A stretch of DNA of 64,000 bases from Marsupella aquatica (taxonomy: Eukaryota > Plantae > Marchantiophyta), in NCBI GenBank assembly GCA_973895155.1, contig OZ316897.1:17454357-17518356 (forward strand), in the 5' to 3' direction. The notes below the pieces were generated by a model, which saw nothing but the letters and a program-made list of their open reading frames with translations, ran no database searches and had not been told where the DNA came from. How positions within the stretch are numbered: position 1 is the first letter of the stretch; each line of letters begins with the position of its first letter. A program made the position numbers and the translations under genes. Positions 26,774 to 36,357 of the stretch are shown piece by piece.

Positions 26774-29049
26774 ACTGCTCAAATTCATAATTGAGAAAGT
26801 GGTAGTTGAAATAGAGTTCAATGCATGAGTGCAAAGATAAGCCAGGCAAGAGTGGCCAGTACAGGGAAAGGCAATTTAAGTTGCACCTGACTACAAATTG
26901 TGAGGAAAGCAAGCAGGAAAGCAAGGACCAAAAAGTTCATTCCCACCTTATACTAAAGGGAAAAATTTAGGGCATTGAATGCCCTCCAACCTACATTGCA
27001 ACCCCTCTTGCAACCCAAGTTTTTCTTTCCCCCCTCTTTGATTATCCAACCTCATTATCCCTCAGACCTCATCCCACTTTGTAATTTTTCTTTCGCAATT
27101 GCTACAGTGACATAAAACATCTCAGCCAAACTGACTTGAGACTACAACATTATAGCTAAAAAAACTCTTTTTCATTGAACTTACTTAGGATTGTGACTTG
27201 ATCGAGGAGTACAAAAGTATATTAGAAAACTTTGGAGCCCCCACATCACCTGTGGCATTTTTAATCAGGTACACCCTAACAATTTAGAACCCTTTTCATT
27301 CTTTCAGTTTTTAACGTCTGTTAATTTATAATATTTTAGAAGTATTCCAAAATTTGGTTAAATTAAACCATATCTTTTAAAGAGTCAAAAGGATTGTAGA
27401 GCCCTGATTTTTCTTTAACAAATTTTTGTAATCTTTTATTAGAGAACTAATTTTTCTACCCTATACTTTATACCATAATTTTTGAAGCTGCTATATGGTG
27501 AATGCACATTTCAGATTTTGTCTTATTCAGATTTTTGTGTCATGTATTTTCATTTCAATCTGCCTTATCAAGGGGCAGCCTTTGTATTCTATACATTTTT
27601 AATTAATTTTTAGACCCCTTTAGTTTTAGGTATTTAAGAGTATTTTGAACTTATTTTGGCAGCCCCCTTTCACAGTATGTGTTATCTTAGAGATGAAACC
27701 AAAGGCTCCACCACCATGAGTGAGAGAAATGATACTGAAGATTGAACATGAATGCATAGTCTCTTAAGTTCTCCTCATGTTTTTCTTTCCTAGGTTTATG
27801 GTTTTTATTGAAAGGAGTGTCATTCATAAGTGTCATTCATAAGGCACCCTGAGTTAAGTGCACACATCGTAGCATCGTTTGACTGTACCTTTTCTTGGTC
27901 ACTGTGCTTTTCTTGGCAGACACTTTACTTATATAACAGCACTTCTATGCTCTCATATTTTATTTACTTTCAGATCACTACAAGACAAAAAATAAAGCAT
28001 CTTCCAGGATGAGCATGCTATATTAGAGAACTAATTTTTCTATCCTATACTTTATAGCACATGTAATTATGTCATTTTTGTGGAAGTGAGACATTTGAGT
28101 GCACAACATCACTCTAAACTCATCAATATCTCTTCCCGTGCATCAATCTGACATATGCAACAAATTCCACCTTTCTTTGTGACCAGTGTGCACCATAGTC
28201 CACCATCCTTGTTGTTAACCAACGCTCAATCACATGCCTCAATTGATCAGATCCAATGGCTAGGTTTTTGTGAAGTTTCAACGTCCCCAGGCCTATTTTT
28301 ACTGTTCCGACCTTCAATTTGGTTTGGAAAAATAGAGGACAAATAGGACAGTAGTGCATCATTCATTTCTCCTTTAAATTTGTAAAAGACCCGGGAACAA
28401 ACCAGGCCTGCCCTCTTGGCGGGATCAGATATAATTATATATTTGCATTCTCTCCTTTTAGGTTTGGACTGCATTTTCATTTCAATTCTCATTTTGTGCT
28501 GACTAGTTTCCAATGGAATGACACCTGATTGACAGAAGATAATTCGTTACACACTGTAGCACCGTTGGGATGTGGCCAGAATGCTGCACATGTGGATCCA
28601 AAACATTGAGAACCTCTAGCTAACCCTAGCCTGGGCATCAAGGTTATAATAGTTGGCGTTCTTCAACCCATGAAATAGTCTGTTTGCTTTCTGGTCAGCA
28701 GTTATGTTCATGCATGACAAAACTTGCTGGAGTGAGTACTGTAGTACCAAAAGCTGACCCATCCAGTAGAGGAGATGATCACTCCAGAGCATGCACCTCA
28801 TGCAGGGTAGTCCACAAGGGGGGTCATACCCAGGACCAGGAGGGAGAGAGGGTTGGACCAGAGCTCTGGACCAGTCAAGGCCAGAGTACAAACCATGAGT
28901 CACACCACCCCAAGGCATGTGGAGGAGGATTGAACCGGGGACTTCTACGTCTAGGCTCCTCGGCCAAAGGGTTCGTTTGGAGTGAGTAGTTGACAAGACT
29001 CCTAGCCTAAACTCTCCTAGTTATTTTTTGTATTTTAATTGAAGGTATA

Positions 29050-29984
29050 CAGTGAACTCTGGATAAACGCACCCTCTCTGGTAGACAGATCTAGCGTGCA
29101 CTAAACCAGGTGTTGCATGACTTGATAAGCGCACATCCCACTAAAAGTACTGTAATAGATAAGTGTGCTTAATTTGGGATCCTTTGTTAAATGTGTAATT
29201 ATCCCGGGTTTCCAGGTGTTTGAGACCAAGTTGTGTGGGTGATGGCAGATTGAGCACTACCAAGTGAATGAACAATGATATGGACTCCAAAACTCACCAT
29301 GCACATTGTAAATATTACAATATACCCAGATCACACCAACATTCCATGAAGTCAAACTTTATTTCAAAATGACACATTATGTGTCCAATGGAGAGATTTG
29401 CTTGATCGACCCCCAAAATGAAACTTGTTACTTGATCGACCCCCTGAAGTCTATCAACGGTCCAGATCTGAGATCGAAAGGTCCATCAACGGTCCAGATT
29501 GGGGAAAAGTATTGAGGGGGTTGAATTAAACAAACTTTTTCCAGAAGGGGGTCTACTAAGCATATCTCTCGTGTCCAATGCGTAGTAAAAACAAAAGTGG
29601 ACAACAGTTCCTACAATGGACCTACACAACTTCTTTAGTACCGACAGCAGTATGGGCCCCGTAGTCAGCCTCGTACCTTGATCCCTGCCCTAATTCTTTG
29701 CCCAATCTCCTTAAGTGCATTATGTACTCTACTAATAATGGGCATGCCTTTATCTACAAATGACATTTCTGGAGTTTATGCCTTTATATATAAGCGCATT
29801 CAATCACTTATCCAGGGTAAGCGCTTAGCAAGTTGTCCTTTAGTGGAATGATTTTAGCCCTATGTGCGCTTAGAAAAAACGCTTAAAAATGGCTTATCCT
29901 GTGTTAAAAAGAGGGAAGAACAACATGGCATGCAATAATCCAGGGTAAGGGTTAATGGAGAGTGAGTTTATCCAGAGTTCACTG
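29050..29984. mobile_element. Non-autonomous Tc1/mariner(pogo)-type element
   Basis: TIR CAGTGAACTCTGGATAAAC / GTTTATCCAGAGTTCACTG with TA target duplication (29048-49, 29985-86); no transposase ORF. Confidence 0.85.
29391..29570. mobile_element. Mutator-like MITE (180 bp) nested in the mariner-type element
   Basis: Perfect 10-bp TSD GTGTCCAATG (29381-90, 29571-80); TIR GAGAGATTTGCTTGATCGACCCC / GGGGTCTACTAAGCATATCTCTC. Confidence 0.85.
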
Positions 29985-30769
29985 TAATGCTCCTCCCAAG
30001 TTTTTTTATTCTTCCAATATTTAGTCATGGGTTTATGCTCACTAACCCATCCCAACTTAGGGGCCATCGTCAGTTTAGGCCTCGACTGAAAACCCTTGGG
30101 ATTACAGACGATAACCCCTAGCCTCCAAGAGTGCCTACAACTGTCTGAAAGGTCATCCAAACAATGCAATAGTTGTGCCCAAAACGTGTTACCTGAACAA
30201 AGGGAAAAGGCCACCGCGTGGGGGATCTGTCCAGAATCTTGGAACAAAGTTCTCTCTCCTTTTGTCTACCAAGAACATAAGCTGTGGCTCGACATCATCT
30301 GACGGAATTTTGCAGAGATATTCACAGATTCAACTCTTGTCGAGCATCGGTAGATGACAGCGTGCACTTTTGCAGCCTTGGCGCAAGTATGTAAAGTGCG
30401 TCATACGTTCATCTACTTCAAAACATTTTTTACATCCTCAATCGTTTGGACTAGACAACGTGCACTGTGTGAACTCTCAATAACTAATCCAACCTGGAAG
30501 CCTTAAACTTAGCTTCAGCACCGCCGTTCTCTTGAGACAACAGACTCATCCAGACTGCCTTGATATGATGTGTACACGTAAATGGATCTTATACAAATTT
30601 TGGAAGTAAACTCCTTTTAAGGAATGCTGTTCTAATCCTGCAAATCTGCAACGATCGACGTCCATCCGAACTATGAAGAAAGTTGGGAAGCAGCGAACAG
30701 TGAGTAGGTAACAATTGACGGTCTAATTGGTAGCTCTTCCGACACTTCTTCGGCCAATCAGCGACTGAA

Positions 30770-32233
30770 TTACTTCGCTTTATCACATACGGCAGGCTTC
30801 CAACCGAGCGTGTTGTCATCATTGTTGACAAAAATGTGTAAGTTCTGCATGTGCAAGTTGCCTACTACGTTCACTCCGTCACCGGACGTGAAACTCAAGC
30901 AGAAAATATTCGAATCAACTTCTATGTAAGCGCTAGCCTGAGGGAGATTGAAGTCCGCCCATCTGAACTGGAAACTGATTGAAGGGAAGACTGGCCTAGA
31001 TTCAGGTGCGTTGCTAGTATCCCAGCAGCGGTCGAGTCCAAAGCTGTTTCCATCCACTGGCGGGTACCGCACTGTGTTGCTGACTTTGGAGACTAGAACG
31101 TCGTAAGCAGGAGAAAGAAGCTCTGTGAGAGTTGTCCCCGTGTCAACTATAGTACCTCCGTTTCCCGTATTTGAATCTATTTTAAAAGTTGAGGACGGAA
31201 TTTTTCGCAGAGCTTTCCCGTCAACTTTGATCCCGTCAACTTGGACGTAATAGAAGGAAGGGTTCTGGTCATTGCTCAGAATGGGTGTCCACCTGCTGCC
31301 CAGGGCGTGAGCAAAAGAGCTGTTCCCTAATATGAAAGGGCTGGTCTTTGTTGTCGCTTCGTACACGCTCACAAGACAGAAAGAAAACTTGTTACCCACC
31401 AATGGACTGAGTTGAGATGGCAGAGACAATTGGCCCTTTCCAATGCCAATGATACCGTCGGTCCCAGCCAGGTCGCCAGAGTTGGCAGTCCCACATCCGA
31501 AAGCGAAATCTGGTATCTTGTCCGTGTTTCCAGGGGTCAATCCAAAACTAACTGTTTCTGTTGCAAACACCCCCGCAGTAGTTGTTCCATCTCCATACTT
31601 TATCTTGAAGGGGCAAGTATCACTATGACGACATGAAGGACTGAAATCTGTGAGAGCGTTACACAAATGGCTGGCGCAAGGAATGTTATGGTATGAAGAT
31701 GAATTGGAGGGATCAAATAGAGGGTCAGGCATGTCGGCTATGCAGGCGATGCATGGCTTACACTGCACCCAAACTAGATCGCTCCCAGAGTCGAGAATCA
31801 TTACAAATTTCTCAGCAGGCGTACCCAAATTTAAAGAGGCGATGAATTCTCCCTGCTGGGCGAACACAGGCGACCGAATTTCCAAAAGTTGAGTTCGCGC
31901 TTTAGTCCTGTTGCTACCATCGACGGGCATTGGGATTTTTTGCCGTATGGATTGTGTGCGCTGCCTGCTTCGGTGAGCGGCTCCCTTTATTCGCTGAGCG
32001 AACGAAAGACTGTGGGCCTGTGAACGTCGAAGAGGTGACTCGTCGTGATCTCTGTGGAGCATCTCAAGAGAAAAGCTCCGACCAGAAGACGGTGCTGACT
32101 CAATCACATCGCGACTGAGCAGTCGTCTTGTACAGAGGGGTGTGAGTCCATACGGACGAGACTCGCCCAGATTGAGCATTAGAAGAGGTGCAAGCAGGAG
32201 GAGAACCACCCGCAACACATTACCTCCACTCAT
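30770..32233 (-). CDS. Secreted A1 aspartic protease (nepenthesin/CDR1-like), intronless, ~487 aa from the ATG at 32233
   Basis: Signal-like VLRVVLLLLAPLLML; LHRD pro-segment; GEFIASLNLGTP..ILDSGSDLVWVQCKPC; flap YGDG; FAFGCG; GGTIVDTGTT; VVGNLHMQN; C-terminal C. Confidence 0.93.
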   Translation of the reverse strand: MSGGNVLRVVLLLLAPLLMLNLGESRPYGLTPLCTRRLLSRDVIESAPSSGRSFSLEMLHRDHDESPLRRSQAHSLSFAQRIKGAAHRSRQRTQSIRQKIPMPVDGSNRTKARTQLLEIRSPVFAQQGEFIASLNLGTPAEKFVMILDSGSDLVWVQCKPCIACIADMPDPLFDPSNSSSYHNIPCASHLCNALTDFSPSCRHSDTCPFKIKYGDGTTTAGVFATETVSFGLTPGNTDKIPDFAFGCGTANSGDLAGTDGIIGIGKGQLSLPSQLSPLVGNKFSFCLVSVYEATTKTSPFILGNSSFAHALGSRWTPILSNDQNPSFYYVQVDGIKVDGKALRKIPSSTFKIDSNTGNGGTIVDTGTTLTELLSPAYDVLVSKVSNTVRYPPVDGNSFGLDRCWDTSNAPESRPVFPSISFQFRWADFNLPQASAYIEVDSNIFCLSFTSGDGVNVVGNLHMQNLHIFVNNDDNTLGWKPAVCDKAK

Positions 32234-34239
32234 AAGCTTTGCTGTTTGAAAAGTTTCTTGTAGCAACTAGTGCGTCGACATCTGCTGTTCCAGTTTGCAG
32301 CCAGCAGCAGATTCAATGGGGGATCGCCTTGCTGGAGATCTCCAGGCTTGAATAGCCCCTGTATTTACGAGAAGGTACCTATCTAAATGTTACACCTCGA
32401 CGCATTGAATGCAGCCGAGGAGAATGCGCACAAGTGCTGAGCGGGCTACCTGTACGTGTGGCTCGCAAAATAACCACTTTCTGTACGCATGGTGCCATCT
32501 AACTGTAAGCTAGTGGGGAAGAAAATCATGGAGCTTCGACAGAAGATCGGGTAATTCTGTTGCCATGGCGAGGTAGTTAGCACGAGATTAAATCGACTTC
32601 GGAGACGAGGAAAAGAAATAGACAATCTCCCGTTATGAGCCTTTCTAATGACGATGCACGTTGACAGGATGACAGCTACTCCAAAAACAACCCGGTTTCT
32701 CATTGTCCACGCACGTACAGGTTCCCTTATTCTTCGCTCAGGAGACTGTACTATGTAACAATTCTCATTCCCTCGCCTCAGCCCAGTCCCACGGCTGCGC
32801 GTCACATAGAATGTGAATGCTTCTGCACCGCACATCATGTTCCTCGGATTTTCTGAACACAACTGTTTTCTAGCTAGTAACTCAGTCCCAATCCTTCGGG
32901 ATGAGCCATTGCTGATCGACTGTAATCAAATGGTCCAGGGCCCCGCCCGACCCGCATTCGTAACTAAAAGTCCTAGTTTAGTTTATCCATTCATTGCTTC
33001 AGTAAATCTTATTTTTCTCCAAGCCCCAAAGACCTTCTATTGCAATCGATAGATATTAGAATTTTCGTCTGTATGAGTTGTGTCGATATATGCGTCAGTA
33101 TCCATCAACATTCTTATAAACCTGTCTCGGTAATGTAAGCAGATTTGACAGGTAAAGCTAAATTTATCTGAAGTTCCACGAAACCTATGCATCCTCAGGG
33201 CCACCATACGCTTCTGTTGTAAAAGTCTCAGCGTTGTATCTTGTTTAGTTTGTCTTGGAGTTCAAGCGGAGTATTTGTATCGTGCTCGTAGAAATCATAT
33301 TGGTTGGTTTAACAATAAATGTTGAAATGAAACGAGAGGTTCTTAAAATTCGTGGAGAAACTGTTTCCCTGACATCAGCTTTCTGTGGTAACACCCCTAC
33401 CTTAATCATATATCCCCGGGAGCTACAACTACTGGTGTGCAGCATCTATGGACAGTCCATATCCCATAAGAATAAACTTCCAGTCTAGCGATTTGTCGGC
33501 ATTGCACGGGGGATATGGATTTTAATAGGATCGGGAGGCAAAATCGTGTTCTAATTTAATGTGTCAGGCCAAGATGTCTGGAAATGTAATGTAGAGAGTT
33601 TCTGTGTCAGGAAGATTTATGATCCCATCCTGGAACAGGATCCCTTCAGTGGTGACATCTATGGGAAAGGTTTTCCCTTTTGTCTCACAGGTTTACTCTC
33701 GCGGCCAGATTACGTGTGTGCCTGTGCAAATCCCATGGTCAAATAACGCAAAGACTCTCCGGCTTTCACTGAGCCCGTTGGCGTTTGTTATTCTTGCCCC
33801 AGACTCACGTCCACACATGTTCCGTGCCGCCATCACTTAATTTCATCAGTGCGTTACATATGTAAGCCCGTCTAAACGCATTTAGAAACAATAACGTAAT
33901 GGAGTTTGTAAGACGAATCAGAAAATCTCCGGTAATACTGCTGTCCATTGGACAATTGAAAGAGAAATTATTAAACCGCTCAATCAAAGAAATGTTATGT
34001 CCCATCGGAAATTTACGCAGACGAAGCGACAAGTCCACGATTGTAGCGAAAATGCCTTCCCTCTTCCTCAGGTTAGTTTCTCTAATAAAGATGATGTACC
34101 TCTTGTTTGTACTCCACATTGAATCAAGGTTAGCCAATCATGTGTGGATCGATTAAATCTCAGTGCTAAAAAGCCCCGGTTTGATCTACCGAATGAGGCG
34201 TCGACCGTTGTCACGTCGAATCCATTGTTTATCAGGAAC

Positions 34240-34475
34240 AGAATATCGGAAGAACAAGTAGTTCTTTAGGAAATACAAAAGGGTCCCCTGTATACTGGAT
34301 TTTAGTGTAAAACTTGTTGGTGTAACCATGAGACCCACATCCAGAGTCCCTTCGACGATGTCCAAGAGTCCGCTACTTGAGAAGTCGTTAGGAGCATTCA
34401 CAGCGCCGTCTTGGAATTGAAGATCGAGTTTAGGCGAGACACGCCCAGAGCTTGGAGTGCTTGAATGAAAAGACC
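34240..34475 (-). pseudogene. Germin-like protein (cupin) remnant
   Basis: With frameshifts reads ALQALGVS..LQFQDGAVNAP..IVEGTLDVGL..TNKFYTKIQYTGDPFVFPKEL, matching germin boxes 1 and 2. Confidence 0.6.
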
Positions 34476-34494
34476 CCCTCGCTAGTTAGCTGGA

Positions 34495-34795
34495 TCCATG
34501 GCTATTACTACATTAAATATTGGAATCCACCAAGGTGGTGGAGAGGAAGAGCCTTCGGAGCCCTGTGAATCCTCCTCATACTTATCCTCGTGGCACGGAA
34601 GTTTTGTTTTTCCTCTCGAAGGTAAACTAAGTGTGCGGGCTCATCACACCACCAACAAATTGTTTACTCACTCCTTGCAGGGTCAGTAGTTCCAACGCAG
34701 AGCTTGTCCGTCTGCCCACCGCCGTCTTCAAGTTTAAAATTCCCGAAGACGTCCTGGCCAAGTTATTTGGAGTGTCCAAAGATGTAATTAATCAG
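34495..34795 (+). pseudogene. Germin-like protein remnant
   Basis: VNPPHTYPRGTEVLF..LEGKLSV.GLIT.TNKLFTHSLQ, then directly SSSNAELVRLPTAVF..IPEDVLAKLFGVSKDVIN. Contains frameshifts, lacks box 2, and has HTH changed to HTY. Confidence 0.7.
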
Positions 34796-34832
34796 CCCGC
34801 TGAAACCAGCAACAGTGAATTAGGTTATCTTA

Positions 34833-35376
34833 GGAGTACTTTACAAGACGTCGGGGGCACTTGGGAGTTTTTTTTACCAAAGCAAACTGGAGAGCCATTG
34901 CACACACTAAATATAGTGTACTGGGGCTAAAAGCATTTTTTGAATTCTTTTATTGCCCCCAAGGTCTTGTAAAGCCAATTGCAGCCAATGGTGCCAGATT
35001 AATTGACTAAAAGACAGATTGAGGACCCAGTCCACTTGAATGTGACGTAATCTTTGGCTAAAGTCTTTGTAAATGTGAGAAGAGAATCTCTTATGAAGGA
35101 CTTGTGAGTCCCTTTTTATTACAAATGACTTAAAATAGAAATGGACCAAGCGGCCAGAAGAGAGGTGGTCTAAAATCTAGGACAAAAGAGTGTTCCACAT
35201 AAGCAAAAATTGGGCCCCACTGCATTCCATGTAGCATTGGTAACAGGTTCGGTTGAAAGTGCCCCCAAGGTTTTGTAAAGTGAACAGCAGCAATTTCTCT
35301 CAAATGGAAGGCCTTGATCAGATCTTGGACACAAAAAAAATGTGGAAACTGCCCCCAACGTCTTGTAAAGCCACCC
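34833..35376. mobile_element. Tourist/PIF-Harbinger-type MITE (~544 bp)
   Basis: TIR GG.GT.CTTTACAAGACGT.GGGGGCA / TGCCCCCAACGTCTTGTAAAGCCACCC, TTA on both sides; internal copies of the TIR motif at ~34954 and ~35259. Confidence 0.75.
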
Positions 35377-35726
35377 TTAGATCGGTAGTCAATTCTATTT
35401 AGTGACTGTATAACCTTGGCAGATTGTACCCATTGTACAAGTTCTTTGGGATTGAATTTAAATCCCGAATAGATATCTCTGTAGCTGCTGGTCTACAAGG
35501 CCAGACACACCCAACAATTTCAACATTATGTCGCACAGATGAGTTTCTCTCTAGATTCTTGATGACCGGCTTCCTATGATCTTGAGATGGGCTGGCGCGC
35601 TGGATGAATTGTGATCAGTGTCGTACTAACGCGTAGACGAGCTGCCACCCATCGGACAGTTATTCACCTGGTATAGTTTTGGAATGTTGGGTCAGGCTAA
35701 GGTGGCCATGCATATCAGAGTGTTGC

Positions 35727-35983
35727 TGTTGGTAACAACCAATATTCTATTGCTACAATAGAACAAGGCGCAGGGCGCCATATAAGTAGGGAACAATGGA
35801 TCCCTGGAAGAGGAAGAGATCAATGGACATAAAGTAGTGACCTAGAACTAACAGCCTAGATGGCTACCGCATATCACGCATACTGGGCAACGTGATGTAA
35901 GGCAAGTAACGGTGATCAATAAAGATCACACTAGTGTCCTAGTCAGTCGCTTCTACACTACTTACGAGTAATAACTTCCAACA
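35727..35983 (-). repeat. 3' LTR (257 bp)
   Basis: Differs from the 5' LTR by 3 transitions and a 4-bp TA-repeat indel (by-eye comparison). Confidence 0.95.
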
Positions 35984-36155
35984 CCCCCTCTCGAGTAAGT
36001 GAGAGTGTATTAAGAGAAGCGGACGTGAGAGGAGAACAAAAGATGCTGTGAGTGGTACTGCAAGTTGTCCATCCATCATTTTGGTAGTGGAAACAATTGA
36101 GCCGCAAACAATGTCCCCCTCTGAGTAGCAGAAATGCCCCAAGTATTGTAGTGCA

Positions 36156-36353
36156 GTGGGGCAGAAGCAAGAGAGACTGAGTGTATGCCGACGTCGTTAT
36201 TATGCGGTCGCAGTAGGTCATAGGCCAGGAATCTATACTTCTTGGGTCAATGCAAACCGAGAAGTTTGTGGGTATCCAAGAAACTGTCACCAGGCTTTTC
36301 GAACACTAGCAGAGGCGGAGTACTTTATGGCTCGGTCTAGTGCAGGAGTGTAG
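36156..36353 (+). CDS. Antisense ORF inside the Copia element encoding an RNase H1 N-terminal hybrid-binding / caulimovirus viroplasmin (Cauli_VI-like) domain
   Basis: RYYAVAVGHRPGIYTSWVNANREVCGYPRNCHQAFRTLAEAEYFM fits the HBD consensus YYAV..G..PG(I/V)Y..W....QV.G(F/Y)P....K.F.T..EA..F. No genomic in-frame ATG after the TAG at 36126. Ends 4 bp from the pol stop, tail-to-tail. Confidence 0.75.
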   Translation: MGQKQERLSVCRRRYYAVAVGHRPGIYTSWVNANREVCGYPRNCHQAFRTLAEAEYFMARSSAGV

Positions 36354-36357
36354 ATAT

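Noticed and set aside
27437-28056. ~35-bp direct repeats 584 bp apart as possible mini-LTRs
   Set aside because: No TG..CA ends, PBS, PPT or TSD.
31770-31800. DSG instead of DTG at the first catalytic Asp of the protease
   Set aside because: D(T/S)G are both accepted A1 motifs and both Asp residues are present.
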